Origin: a virus | Length of the DNA stretch: 24,510 bases | UHGV virus genome: UHGV-0063983 | Reading direction: 5' to 3' (one strand) | In this document: positions 1 to 8,784 of the stretch, in pieces | Layout: every line of letters starts with the position of its first letter | Numbering within the stretch: position 1 is the stretch's first letter | Notes under the pieces: model-generated | Databases searched by the model: none | What the model saw: the letters and a program-made list of their open reading frames with translations, nothing else | Told to the model about the DNA's origin: nothing | Program-made: the position numbers and the translations under genes

Positions 1-10
1 TTAGCAAGGT

Positions 11-28
11 TGTGTACATTTGTACACA
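11..28. promoter_or_regulatory. Perfect palindrome TGTGTACA-TT-TGTACACA overlapping the 5' end of the TetR-family gene; probable autoregulatory operator
   Basis: Read directly: bases 11-18 tgtgtaca and 21-28 tgtacaca are exact reverse complements, 22 nt upstream of the ATG at 50. TetR-family repressors commonly bind palindromes at their own promoters. Confidence 0.45.
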
Positions 29-49
29 ATTGCAGACAGAGGAAATGAC

Positions 50-586
50 ATGCGTCGCGCTAACGATCCGCAACGGCGAGAAAAAATTATCCAGGCCACG
101 CTGGAGGCGGTGAAACTTTACGGAATACATGCTGTTACGCACCGCAAAATTGCTACCCTTGCCGGGGTACCGTTGGGATCGATGACCTACTATTTTTCAG
201 GAATTGATGAGTTGTTGCTGGAGGCGTTCAGCAGTTTTACTGAGATTATGTCCCGGCAATATCAGGCATTTTTTAGCGATGTTAGTGATGCTCAAGGCGC
301 ATGCCAGGCTATCACCGATATGATCTACAGCTCACAGGTTGCAACGCCGGATAATATGGAGCTGATGTACCAGCTCTACGCGCTGGCTAGCCGAAAACCG
401 CTATTAAAAACGGTAATGCAAAACTGGATGCAGCGCAGTCAGCAAACGCTCGAACAATGGTTTGAACCCGGAACCGCCCGCGCGCTTGATGCGTTTATTG
501 AGGGGATGACGCTGCATTTTGTCACCGACCGTAAGCCGCTATCGCGCGAGGAGATTTTGAGGATGGTTGAGAGGGTTGCAGGGTAG
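50..586 (+). CDS. rcdA: TetR/AcrR-family transcriptional regulator (host gene flanking the prophage), likely RcdA/YbjK
   Basis: 178-aa product starting [41 protein letters not shown], with an N-terminal TetR-type helix-turn-helix. ATG at 50 is preceded by GAGGA; the ORF-track start at 20 is a TTG extension. Symbol assigned from memory of the E. coli sequence, not from a search. Confidence 0.8.
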   Translation: MRRANDPQRREKIIQATLEAVKLYGIHAVTHRKIATLAGVPLGSMTYYFSGIDELLLEAFSSFTEIMSRQYQAFFSDVSDAQGACQAITDMIYSSQVATPDNMELMYQLYALASRKPLLKTVMQNWMQRSQQTLEQWFEPGTARALDAFIEGMTLHFVTDRKPLSREEILRMVERVAG

Positions 587-603
587 TAGATAAATTTTAG
601 ATA

Positions 604-631
604 ACAAAAAACCCATTTATGTAAACGGGTT
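604..631 (-). terminator. Putative intrinsic terminator on the minus strand downstream of int
   Basis: Minus-strand RNA reads AACCCGUUUA-ca-UAAAUGGGUU (about 10-bp stem with one G-U pair) followed by UUUUUUG. On the plus strand the stem has an A-C mismatch and no T-run follows. Confidence 0.4.
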
Positions 632-690
632 AATGAAAACAACAAGTTAGATTAAAAACAATAAGTTAGGTTGGTGGTCAGTGGTGGTTA

Positions 691-1743
691 TTACGGGGTA
701 ATGCCAACCGCTGCCGCCACTTTGTCGCCACTTGGCAGCGTTGCCAGAGGATTGAAACGGAGCGCCGTTTCCAGATGATCTGGTGCCAGATGTGCGTAAC
801 GCATAGTCATTTTTATATCGTGGTGTCCGAGAATTTTTTGTAAGGCCAGAATGTTTCCACCCGACATCATGAAGTGCGCCGCAAACGTATGGCGCAGAAC
901 GTGTGTGAGTTGACCGCGAGGGAGCACGATAGACGTTTTTTCCATCACGGATAAAAATTGAAAATAGCAGTCTGTGAAGAAATTGAACCCATCAAGCGCC
1001 ATGATCTCTTCGTAAAGCTCTTTACTGATAGGGATACTTCTGTTTTTCTTCCCCTTCGTTCTTACAAAGGTAATTCGGTATTTGGTCACCTGTGAACGAG
1101 TAAGATTTACGGCTTCTCGCCAGCGTGCGCCTGTGCTTAAGCATATCTTAACTACCAGTGCTAGAATTGGGTCCTGACGTTTGCAATCAGCCAGTAATTC
1201 AACAATCTGCTCATGGGTAAGCCATGCCATCTCTTTTTCTGCGATGGTGAATTTTCGCATGTTCTCCAGTGGGTTCGGATACGACCATTCGCCCAGACGG
1301 GATAGTTCGCTAAAAACACTACTTAGATAGCTTTGCTCCAGGTTAATGGTGACCGGGCTTGCTCCTTTCTTCCATTTCTCGCTGAAGTAGATCTCGCCTG
1401 TCAGGCGTTTATCTCGATAGTGGGCAAACATTTTAGAGGTGAGATCGGTTGCAAGAGGATTGCCCAGAGCGTCAACCATCAGCAGCAATTTGTCATAGAC
1501 ATGCTGCCCAGCAGTCAGAGATTTACCATGTAGTTTGAACCATAGCTCAACCACGTCTTTCAGGGTTCGACGATCCACTGATTCGCCCAGCCATGGCTTT
1601 GATTCGGTTTCTTCCATAGTGTGACGCTCAAAAGCCAGAGCTTCGCCTTTGGTGGCGAATTGTTTACGCACACGACGCCCACTTCGTCCGGCGGGGTAAC
1701 ATTCGCAAAGCCATTTCCCTGTGGTGAGTTTTCGTACTGCCAT
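691..1743 (-). CDS. int: P2/186-family tyrosine integrase
   Basis: Product begins MAVRKLTTGKWLCECYPAGRSGRRVRKQFATKGEALAFERH, the typical P2-type Int N-terminus, and carries the C-terminal catalytic region (ARWREA..., HVLRHTFA..., MRYAHL). The ORF-track start at 1899 is an upstream in-frame extension; ATG at 1743 chosen by homology pattern. Confidence 0.9.
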   Translation of the reverse strand: MAVRKLTTGKWLCECYPAGRSGRRVRKQFATKGEALAFERHTMEETESKPWLGESVDRRTLKDVVELWFKLHGKSLTAGQHVYDKLLLMVDALGNPLATDLTSKMFAHYRDKRLTGEIYFSEKWKKGASPVTINLEQSYLSSVFSELSRLGEWSYPNPLENMRKFTIAEKEMAWLTHEQIVELLADCKRQDPILALVVKICLSTGARWREAVNLTRSQVTKYRITFVRTKGKKNRSIPISKELYEEIMALDGFNFFTDCYFQFLSVMEKTSIVLPRGQLTHVLRHTFAAHFMMSGGNILALQKILGHHDIKMTMRYAHLAPDHLETALRFNPLATLPSGDKVAAAVGITP

Positions 1744-1931
1744 AAAAAATGCCCTCCAGTAGAGAGCATTTTTACTGTATGTATAACCAGTGTCAATGTA
1801 TGAAATCCTACGACCATACATCTCACTGAAGCCATAATGAAGTTGGCTATTCTTTTTGCTATGTGAGCATGTAACTTTTGCGGTTAACCTGCGGCTCATT
1901 TTTATTTTAGACGCAGATATAAAAGCAAAAG

Positions 1932-2123
1932 TTATCGTGAGTTTTTAGTACAGATTTTTTTGGATTTACTAATAGTTCCATCATTGCAAACGAATTTGCC
2001 ATCTGAGGTACAGTGAGAAACACCTCCCTTTTTCCCTGAGCAGGGATAATTTCTAGCATAGGTAGTTAGTGGGTTTAATAACAAAGAACATGACAAAACC
2101 ACAAAAAATACCTTACCAAGCAT
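1932..2123 (-). CDS. Small secreted cysteine-containing protein (63 aa) with signal peptide; cargo gene between cI and int
   Basis: Hydrophobic N-terminus [23 protein letters not shown] followed by a roughly 40-aa lysine-rich mature part with 4 Cys. Strong GGGAGG ribosome-binding site 5-6 nt upstream of the ATG on the minus strand. AT-rich, and begins 15 nt downstream of the cI stop on the same strand. Confidence 0.6.
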   Translation of the reverse strand: MLGKVFFVVLSCSLLLNPLTTYARNYPCSGKKGGVSHCTSDGKFVCNDGTISKSKKICTKNSR

Positions 2124-2138
2124 AGTTTCCTCCCGGTA

Positions 2139-2714
2139 CTATTTAACATACTTGACTGTTAAACTTATAATTTTACCAATTATTTCAATGTCTTCTATCT
2201 TACATTCGAAGGCTCTGTTTCCACCCTCGACGAAGATTCTTCCACCGGGTAAACGAGTAATGTCACGGATCGTTACTTCGCCATCAATACTTATTACCCA
2301 TTTACCATCACGTATATCATCAAATTCTTTATCACAAATAAATTCAGAATTGTTATCTGTGATGACAAAAGGTTTTTTAAACGTAGAGGGTAAAAATCCC
2401 TTATCAAAAATATAAAAACCGTCTTCACGCAAGGCACCATCAGATAATACATATTTAGCAACTTCCATAGTATTTGTATTACCTGAAGTTTGCTTTGAAC
2501 CATGTCCGGTTGTGAGCCAATTAAGCGAGGTGCCCGTTTCAAGGGCGCACTGGATTACCCATTCTGCTGGGAATGAGTCACGCATGTAGCGTGTGGCGAG
2601 TGTACTTTTAGAGATTCCTAAATGATCGCACAACGCCTGTCGAGTTTTGAATCCATAAGCTTCTACCATGCGCTCTATAGCGCCTCGTCCGCCTTTCTCC
2701 AAATTCATGGTCAC
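2139..2714 (-). CDS. cI: 186-type CI immunity repressor
   Basis: 191 aa with N-terminal helix-turn-helix (AYGFKTRQALCDHLGISKSTLATRYMR... CALETGTSLNWLTTGHG), matching the size and organisation of phage 186 CI; located between int and apl on the leftward strand. Confidence 0.85.
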   Translation of the reverse strand: MTMNLEKGGRGAIERMVEAYGFKTRQALCDHLGISKSTLATRYMRDSFPAEWVIQCALETGTSLNWLTTGHGSKQTSGNTNTMEVAKYVLSDGALREDGFYIFDKGFLPSTFKKPFVITDNNSEFICDKEFDDIRDGKWVISIDGEVTIRDITRLPGGRIFVEGGNRAFECKIEDIEIIGKIISLTVKYVK

Positions 2715-2733
2715 TCCAAGTGAACTTTTATCT

Positions 2734-2762
2734 TGACGATTTCATTGTGCGATCGTATGTTT
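2734..2762 (+). promoter_or_regulatory. Putative sigma-70 early lytic promoter (pR-like) driving apl-cII
   Basis: TTGACG (2734-2739), 17-nt spacer, TATGTT (2757-2762), in the cI/apl intergenic switch region. Confidence 0.35.
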
Positions 2763-2833
2763 ATGGTGTTCACAAAATACAAACGATCCGTATTCGTCCT
2801 GATTAATCATCATTAAACGAGGAATGTTGCATC

Positions 2834-3055
2834 ATGAGACCTAACATTTCAATCACTCTTACCACGCCTCATGTGACTATTGAGCGCTATAGCGAGCTGA
2901 CAGGGCTGTCCATCGATACCATCAATGACATGTTGGCTGACGGACGCCTTATCCGTCACCGTTTGCGCAAAGATAAAAAACGCGAAAAAGTGATGATCAA
3001 CATAGCAGCCATGACCGTTGATGCGCTTTCAGAATGCAATCTAAACCTTAATTAG
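2834..3055 (+). CDS. apl: Apl/Cox-like excisionase and switch regulator
   Basis: 73-aa basic helix-turn-helix protein immediately right of cI and left of cII, the position of 186 apl / P2 cox. Confidence 0.7.
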   Translation: MRPNISITLTTPHVTIERYSELTGLSIDTINDMLADGRLIRHRLRKDKKREKVMINIAAMTVDALSECNLNLN

Positions 3056-3087
3056 TTCGATTCTGAAATACATCAGAGGCATTGACC

Positions 3088-3597
3088 ATGTTTGATTACC
3101 AAGTTTCCAAACATCCACATTTTGATGAAGCCTGTCGTGCATTTGCACTGCGCCACAATCTGGTGCAACTGGCAGAACGTGCAGGCATGAATGTGCAGAT
3201 TCTGCGGAACAAGCTGAACCCAGCTCAGCCTCATCTATTAACCGCACCAGAAATCTGGCTGCTTACCGATCTGACTGAAGATTCAACGCTGGTAGATGGT
3301 TTTCTGGCACAGATTCATTGTCTGCCATGTGTACCGATTAATGAGGTGGCAAAAGAGAAACTGCCACATTACGTCATGAGTGCAACCGCAGAGATCGGGC
3401 GTGTTGCTGCAGGTGCGGTATCTGGCGATGTAAAAACCAGTGCAGGTCGTCGTGATGCTATCAGCAGCATTAACTCTGTAACACGACTGATGGCGTTGGC
3501 TGCTGTTTCATTGCAGGCCCGTTTACAGGCTAACCCTGCGATGGCGAGTGCAGTTGATACCGTGACCGGACTCGGTGCTTCATTCGGTTTGCTGTGA
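3088..3597 (+). CDS. cII: 186-type CII lysogeny-establishment activator
   Basis: [49 protein letters not shown]...[25 protein letters not shown] closely matches my recollection of 186 CII; AGAGG ribosome-binding site before the ATG at 3088. Confidence 0.85.
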   Translation: MFDYQVSKHPHFDEACRAFALRHNLVQLAERAGMNVQILRNKLNPAQPHLLTAPEIWLLTDLTEDSTLVDGFLAQIHCLPCVPINEVAKEKLPHYVMSATAEIGRVAAGAVSGDVKTSAGRRDAISSINSVTRLMALAAVSLQARLQANPAMASAVDTVTGLGASFGLL

Positions 3598-3604
3598 GGT
3601 GCTT

Positions 3605-3901
3605 ATGCTGACGAAAGAACCATCATTTGCATCGCTGCTGGTAAAGCAAAGCCCGGCAATGCACTACGGTCACGGCTGGATCATGGGTGAGGATGGAAAA
3701 CGCTGGCATCCATGTCATTCACAAGATGAATTGCTGTCTGAATTGACCACGAGGAAACGGAGAAAGTCAAAATGTATGCAGCGGAAAGTGAAGTGGTTTA
3801 TCAGTTTTGTTACAGAGGGGAGAGTTATTCAGTACCTGAAGATGATTTGCTCTGTTGTTATCCGTCGTTGTCGGGCGATGGCAGTTACTTTTTCACGCTA
3901 A
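3605..3901 (+). CDS. Hypothetical early protein (position of 186 fil/dhr-type genes); true 3' end uncertain
   Basis: ATG at 3605 preceded by GAGGTG. The N-terminal roughly 55 aa look protein-like; the remainder overlaps the next ORF out of frame and looks like low-complexity read-through. Confidence 0.4.
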   Translation: MLTKEPSFASLLVKQSPAMHYGHGWIMGEDGKRWHPCHSQDELLSELTTRKRRKSKCMQRKVKWFISFVTEGRVIQYLKMICSVVIRRCRAMAVTFSR

Positions 3902-3996
3902 AGGATGGGACGTTTTTACGGGGAGAGCAGGTTAAAGAGATGGTACGAAAAAATGTATCTCCCCTTGAGCGTTACCGTAAGAACAAAGAACGATAG
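3772..3996 (+). CDS. Hypothetical early protein (74 aa)
   Basis: ATG at 3772 preceded by GGAGAAAG; protein-like composition (MYAAESEVVYQFCYRGESYSVPEDDLLCCYPSLSGDGSYFFTLKDGTFLRGEQ...). Confidence 0.5.
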   Translation: MYAAESEVVYQFCYRGESYSVPEDDLLCCYPSLSGDGSYFFTLKDGTFLRGEQVKEMVRKNVSPLERYRKNKER

Positions 3997-4018
3997 GTGC
4001 GTTTGGGGGATATGAAGT

Positions 4019-4360
4019 ATGGCAATTAATGGCGCTGCGGCGACTGTTCCATTAAGCCCCGGAGAACGCCTGAATGGACTTAATCACATTGCGGAATTAA
4101 GGGCGAAAGTATTTGGCCTGAATATTGAGTCAGAGCTTGAGCGGTTTATTAAAGATATGCGTGATCCACGGGATATCAATAACGAACAAAATAAACGGGC
4201 ACTGGCTGCCATATTCTTTATGGCAAAAATTCCAGCTGAACGTCATAGCATCAGCATTAATGAGCTGACCACTGACGAAAAGCGGGAGTTGATTAAAGCA
4301 ATGAATCATTTTCGTGCAGTGGTGAGCTTATTTCCCAGACGGCTAACCATGCCGAATTAA
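4019..4360 (+). CDS. Hypothetical early protein (113 aa)
   Basis: Intact ORF in the early operon, same strand as cII and A; no recognisable motif. Confidence 0.55.
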   Translation: MAINGAAATVPLSPGERLNGLNHIAELRAKVFGLNIESELERFIKDMRDPRDINNEQNKRALAAIFFMAKIPAERHSISINELTTDEKRELIKAMNHFRAVVSLFPRRLTMPN

Positions 4361-4427
4361 CCAACCAATGAAATTAATGGCGTAAACCCGCCGGGCATCC
4401 CTTTATCTAAATTCAGGAGAATTGATT

Positions 4428-4661
4428 ATGCGTAATATTGAAACCCTCTCGACCAAAACCGGACCGGATGACGCAGGGCTTAATATTTTACTGACAGAGG
4501 CTCGTCTGGAAGAACGCCGGGCAAGGGCTGAAGCAATGGCAGCTCGCCTTGATAGCCTGGCGTGTCATATCACATCCCGCCAGCTAACCCACGTCGAAGC
4601 GGCAGAACTGCTTCGTGTGACTGCTGAAGCAATCCAGAACGAAGCGCAGGAGATCCACTAA
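4428..4661 (+). CDS. Hypothetical early protein (77 aa)
   Basis: ATG at 4428 preceded by CAGGAGA; stop overlaps the start of the next gene (TAATG). Confidence 0.55.
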   Translation: MRNIETLSTKTGPDDAGLNILLTEARLEERRARAEAMAARLDSLACHITSRQLTHVEAAELLRVTAEAIQNEAQEIH

Positions 4662-4888
4662 TGGCTGATGCAATGGATCTCGTACAGCAGCGCGTTGAAG
4701 AAGAACGCCAACGCCATATCCGTGCTGCCCGTGCCAAAACGCCGGGCGTGTCCCGCGTGCTTTGCATTGAGTGTGAAGCGCCAATTCCGCCAGCACGCCG
4801 CCGTGCCATTCCGGGTGTGCAGCTTTGCATTACCTGTCAGGAAATCGCAGAGCTGAAAGGCAAACATTACAACGGAGGTGCTGTATGA
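4661..4888 (+). CDS. TraR/DksA-family C4 zinc-finger protein
   Basis: CIECEAPIP...CITCQ: a CxxC-N17-CxxC zinc finger in a 75-aa protein, as in the phage TraR/DksA family; translationally coupled to dam (ATGA overlap). Confidence 0.75.
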   Translation: MADAMDLVQQRVEEERQRHIRAARAKTPGVSRVLCIECEAPIPPARRRAIPGVQLCITCQEIAELKGKHYNGGAV

Positions 4889-5742
4889 GCACCATCCTGA
4901 AATGGGCGGGAAATAAAACTGCCATAATGTCCGAACTGAAAAAACATCTTCCTGCTGGCCCGCGACTGGTTGAACCTTTCGCGGGTTCCTGTGCTGTGAT
5001 GATGGAGACGGATTATCCCAGCTATCTGGTTGCGGATATTAATCCTGATTTAATCAACCTCTATAAAAAGGTTGCCGCTGATTGTGAATCGTTTATATCT
5101 CGCGCCAGAGTTTTATTTGAGATCGCAAACAGGGAGGTGGCTTATTACAACATAAGGCAGGAGTTTAATTACTCAACTGAAATTACTGATTTCATGAAAG
5201 CGGTATATTTCCTGTATCTCAATCGTCACGGTTACCGTGGTTTATGTCGCTATAACAAGAGCGGGCATTTCAACATTCCCTACGGTAATTATAAAAATCC
5301 GTATTTCCCTGAAAAAGAAATTCGCGCATTTGCAGAAAAGGCCCAGCGAGCAACGTTTATCTGCGCCAGCTTTGATGAAACGCTGGCGATGTTGAAGGCG
5401 GGGGATGTGGTGTATTGCGATCCGCCGTATGACGGTACGTTTTCCGGCTATCACACTGACGGCTTCACTGAAGATGACCAGTATCACCTGGCATCTGTTC
5501 TTGAACATCGGTCATCAGAAGGACATCCGGTCATTGTTTCTAACAGTGACACATCCCTGATCCGTTCGCTGTATCGCAATTTTACTCACCACTACATCAA
5601 GGCAAAACGCAGCATCGGTGTGGCAGCTGGCGAGGGTAAATCAGCAACAGAAATCATTGCTGTTTCCGGGCCGCGCTGCTGGGTGGGATTTGATTATTCG
5701 CGTGGCGTGGATAGTTCTGCCGTGTACGGAGTACGTGCATGA
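4885..5742 (+). CDS. dam: Dam-like DNA N6-adenine methyltransferase (orphan, phage-encoded)
   Basis: N-terminal ILKWAGNK...EPFAGSCAV (AdoMet-binding) and catalytic DPPY ([10 protein letters not shown]). GGAGG before the ATG at 4885; stop overlaps the gene A start (ATGA). Confidence 0.85.
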   Translation: MSTILKWAGNKTAIMSELKKHLPAGPRLVEPFAGSCAVMMETDYPSYLVADINPDLINLYKKVAADCESFISRARVLFEIANREVAYYNIRQEFNYSTEITDFMKAVYFLYLNRHGYRGLCRYNKSGHFNIPYGNYKNPYFPEKEIRAFAEKAQRATFICASFDETLAMLKAGDVVYCDPPYDGTFSGYHTDGFTEDDQYHLASVLEHRSSEGHPVIVSNSDTSLIRSLYRNFTHHYIKAKRSIGVAAGEGKSATEIIAVSGPRCWVGFDYSRGVDSSAVYGVRA

Positions 5743-8153
5743 GTCATGCCGATATGAACAACTGCTGCGGCTTTAACGAAGCTGCCGCATCGTTCTCATG
5801 GAACAGCCCGAAAAAGGCCATTAACCCTTATCTGGACCCGGTGGAAGTTGCGCCGGTTTCTACGCTTTCAAACCTGATCACTCTGTACGCTGCCGATAAC
5901 GAGCAGGAACAGCTGCGCCGTGAGGCGCTGAGTGATCAGGTCTGGGAGCGTTATTTCTTTAATGAATCCCGTGATCCTGTCCAGCGCGAAATGGAACAGG
6001 ATAAGCTCATTAGTCGGGCAAAGCTGGCGCATGAGCAGCAGCGTTTTAATCCGGATATGGTCATTCTGGCGGACGTCAACGCCCAGCCTTCCCATATCAG
6101 CAAGCCGCTGATGCAACGTATTGAATACTTCAGCAGCCTGGGCAGGCCAAAGTCTTATTCCCGCTATTTACGTGAGACGATTAAGCCATGTCTGGAACGA
6201 CTGGAGCATGTACGCGACAGTCAGCTATCTGCATCTTTTCGCTTTATGGCAAGCCATGAAGGGCTGGACGGCCTGCTGATCCTGCCTGAAATGAGTCAGG
6301 ATCAGGTGAAACGCCTGTCCACCCTGGTAGCTGCGCATATGAGTATGTGCCTTGATGCCGCTTGTGGCGATTTGTATGCCACCGATGACGTTAAGCCAGA
6401 AGAAATCCGCAATACATGGGAAAGGGTGGCAGCGGAAACCCTGCGTCTGGATGTCATCCCGCCTGCGTTTGAGCAACTCCGTCGGAAAAGAAACCGCCGT
6501 AAACCCGTGCCCTATGAACTCATTCCGGGTTCGCTGGCGCGTATGTTGTGCGCCGACTGGTGGTATCGGAAATTATGGAAGATGCGTTGCGAATGGCGGG
6601 AAGAGCAGTTGCGTGCAGTCTGCCTTGTCAGCAAAAAAGCATCTCCTTATGTCAGCTATGAAGCCGTGATGCATAAACGTGAGCAGCGCCGTAAGTCGCT
6701 GGAGTTTTTCCGTTCTCATGAACTGGTGAACGAAGACGGCGACACGCTGGACATGGAGGATGTGGTAAACGCCAGCAGCAGCAACCCAGCGCATCGCCGC
6801 AATGAGATGATGGCCTGTGTTAAAGGTCTGGAGCTTATCGCGGAAATGCGCGGTGACTGCGCCGTTTTCTACACCATCACTTGTCCGTCACGTTTCCATT
6901 CCACGCTAAATAACGGCAGGCCCAACCCAACCTGGACAAATGCGACGGTAAGACAAAGCAGTGATTATCTGGTCGGCATGTTTGCTGCATTTCGTAAGGC
7001 GATGCACAAAGCCGGATTGCGGTGGTATGGCGTGCGGGTGGCTGAGCCGCATCATGACGGTACAGTTCACTGGCACCTGTTGTGTTTTATGCGCAAAAAA
7101 GACCGCCGCACCATCACTGCATTACTGCGTAAGTTTGCCATCCGTGAAGACCGCGAGGAGCTGGGCAATAACACTGGGCCGCGCTTTAAGTCTGAGTTGA
7201 TTAACCCGCGCAAAGGTACGCCAACAAGCTACATCGCGAAATACATCAGTAAGAACATTGACGGGCGTGGTCTGGCTGGCGAGATCAGCAAGGAAACGGG
7301 GAAATCCCTGCGTGATAATGCTGAATACGTTAATGCCTGGGCGTCTCTGCATCGTGTTCAGCAATTCCGCTTCTTTGGCATTCCGGGGCGTCAGGCTTAC
7401 CGTGAACTGCGATTGCTGGCTGGTCAGGCGGCAAGGCAACAGGGGGACAAAAAAGCAGGTGCGCCGGTACTGGATAACCCGCGCCTTGATGCCATTCTGG
7501 CTGCTGCTGATGCTGGTTGTTTTGCCACCTACATCATGAAGCAGGGTGGCGTACTGGTTCCCCGCAAATATCACCTCATCAGAACTGCTTATGAAATCAA
7601 CGAAGAGCCGACCGCCTATGGCGATCACGGCATTCGTATTTATGGCATCTGGTCACCTATTGCAGAGGGCAAGATCTGCACTCATGCCGTGAAGTGGAAA
7701 ATGGTTCGTAAGGCCGTTGACGTTCAGGAGGCGGCAGCCGACCAGGGCGCTTGCGCCCCTTGGACTCGTGGCAATAACTGTCCCCTTGCTGAAAATTTGA
7801 ACCAGCAGGAGAAAGATAAATCAGCTGATGGGGACACCAGAACGGACATTACCTGCATGGATGACAAGGAGTTGCACGATTATCTGCACAGTTTGAGCAA
7901 AAAAGAGCGCCGGGAACTGGCTGCAAGGTTACGCCTGGCTAAGCCGAAACGGCGTAAAGACTACAAACAGCGAATTACAGATCATCAGCGACAACAGCTC
8001 GTCTATGAGCTGAATTCCAGAGGATTTGATGGTAGCGAGAAAGAGGTCGATTTACTCCTTCGCGGCGGCAGTATTCCGTCAGGAGCAGGCCTGCGTATCT
8101 TCTATCGGAACCAGCGTTTGCAGGAAGATGACAAGTGGCGGAACCTGTATTAA
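5739..8153 (+). CDS. A: P2/186 gene A rolling-circle replication initiator
   Basis: 804 aa, with an HUH-like motif ([15 protein letters not shown]) and a catalytic tyrosine pair ([10 protein letters not shown]) typical of P2 gpA-family initiators; sits after the early genes and before the accessory region. Confidence 0.9.
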   Translation: MSHADMNNCCGFNEAAASFSWNSPKKAINPYLDPVEVAPVSTLSNLITLYAADNEQEQLRREALSDQVWERYFFNESRDPVQREMEQDKLISRAKLAHEQQRFNPDMVILADVNAQPSHISKPLMQRIEYFSSLGRPKSYSRYLRETIKPCLERLEHVRDSQLSASFRFMASHEGLDGLLILPEMSQDQVKRLSTLVAAHMSMCLDAACGDLYATDDVKPEEIRNTWERVAAETLRLDVIPPAFEQLRRKRNRRKPVPYELIPGSLARMLCADWWYRKLWKMRCEWREEQLRAVCLVSKKASPYVSYEAVMHKREQRRKSLEFFRSHELVNEDGDTLDMEDVVNASSSNPAHRRNEMMACVKGLELIAEMRGDCAVFYTITCPSRFHSTLNNGRPNPTWTNATVRQSSDYLVGMFAAFRKAMHKAGLRWYGVRVAEPHHDGTVHWHLLCFMRKKDRRTITALLRKFAIREDREELGNNTGPRFKSELINPRKGTPTSYIAKYISKNIDGRGLAGEISKETGKSLRDNAEYVNAWASLHRVQQFRFFGIPGRQAYRELRLLAGQAARQQGDKKAGAPVLDNPRLDAILAAADAGCFATYIMKQGGVLVPRKYHLIRTAYEINEEPTAYGDHGIRIYGIWSPIAEGKICTHAVKWKMVRKAVDVQEAAADQGACAPWTRGNNCPLAENLNQQEKDKSADGDTRTDITCMDDKELHDYLHSLSKKERRELAARLRLAKPKRRKDYKQRITDHQRQQLVYELNSRGFDGSEKEVDLLLRGGSIPSGAGLRIFYRNQRLQEDDKWRNLY

Positions 8154-8245
8154 TTACGCGGGTTAACAATTCGTGCTCTTAATAATACCAGGCATATCAG
8201 GCTGATGAACGTAAAAAAACGTTTTACATCAGTAAGATTATTATA

Positions 8246-8265
8246 TACTGTAAATATAAACAGTG
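8246..8265. promoter_or_regulatory. LexA (SOS) box overlapping a putative promoter -10
   Basis: taCTGTaaatataaACAGtg fits the CTGT-N8-ACAG LexA consensus with an AT-rich spacer; overlaps a TATACT -10-like hexamer (8244-8249), about 40 nt upstream of the small ORF at 8307. Confidence 0.6.
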
Positions 8266-8306
8266 GTTATGTATACAGTGTTGCTTGTGGTGTCATAGGA
8301 GGAAAG

Positions 8307-8495
8307 ATGCAGGACTATTTTTTGGAGTCTTTGAAGCTCCAGCGCATTGATTTTTTTCTTAAGCTTGTAGCGGCCAGTGAGTGTAGTGATGAAGAGAAGA
8401 GACTGGCTATCCAGTGGGTTTCTGAGCTGACTGACGAGTTGATGGCGAAAATTCGTAACTATGAATACAGCCGTACAATGGACGCTACCAGCTAG
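8307..8495 (+). CDS. Small hypothetical protein (62 aa) downstream of the LexA box; possible N-terminal part of a Tum-like antirepressor
   Basis: ATG at 8307 preceded by AGGAGG. The ORF-track start at 8205 is an upstream extension that would overlap the LexA box. Confidence 0.4.
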   Translation: MQDYFLESLKLQRIDFFLKLVAASECSDEEKRLAIQWVSELTDELMAKIRNYEYSRTMDATS

Positions 8496-8505
8496 GGGAA
8501 AACCT

Positions 8506-8691
8506 ATGCGCATTGAAACAATGATCGATAAAGAGCAGTAAATTAGCTAGGCGCTGTTAGAAGCCGTTGAATCCGAGCTTTACCGCAACCTGCAGCCTAT
8601 CTATCCAAAGACAGCAATCCGCATTCGTAAAGGTTCGGCAAACGGCGTTGAGCTGAGCGGCTTAAAACTTGATGAAGACAAAAGCGAGTGA
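8506..8691 (+). pseudogene. DinI-family gene disrupted by two in-frame stops
   Basis: Frame from ATG 8506 reads MRIETMIDKEQ*IS*ALLEAVESELYRNLQPIYPKTAIRIRKGSANGVELSGLKLDEDKSE. The MRIE start and the ELxRxxQ / VxxR pattern resemble DinI (MRIEVTIAKT...AGELSRRIQYAF...VSVRY...). TAA and TAG interrupt at codons 12 and 15. Confidence 0.5.
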
Positions 8692-8758
8692 TGGAAATCA
8701 TGCAGCATGTTTGGGAAGATGAGAGCTGCTTTTAAATATCGATTTAGGGGAAAATCTC

Positions 8759-8784
8759 AACCTCATGCAGTATCGCATGAGGTT
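8759..8784 (+). terminator. Perfect 10-bp hairpin, possible terminator or regulatory element between the SOS module and the cargo operon
   Basis: aacctcatgc-agtatc-gcatgaggtt: exact inverted repeat with a 6-nt loop; the downstream T-run is weak (cattta). Confidence 0.3.

Noticed and set aside
20-49. Upstream extension of the TetR-family ORF (start at 20)
   Set aside because: It would start at TTG inside the palindromic operator; the ATG at 50 has a ribosome-binding site and gives the expected 178-aa protein.
587-700. Possible tRNA gene at the integration site
   Set aside because: No cloverleaf-compatible sequence (no GTTC-type T-arm or acceptor-stem complementarity) found by eye in the junction.
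1744-1899. N-terminal 52-aa extension of integrase
   Set aside because: The P2-type Int N-terminus (MAVRKLTTGKW...) begins at the internal ATG at 1743; the extension is probably non-coding leader.
4661-4888. Candidate late activator (Ogr/B-like)
   Set aside because: The cysteine spacing and context fit the TraR/DksA C4 family in the early operon, not Ogr; the late activator is expected near attR outside the window.
7122-7628. 168-aa minus-strand ORF inside replication gene A (and 6225-6476, 6573-6794, 5868-6116)
   Set aside because: Antisense to the intact 804-aa A gene; no independent start signals.
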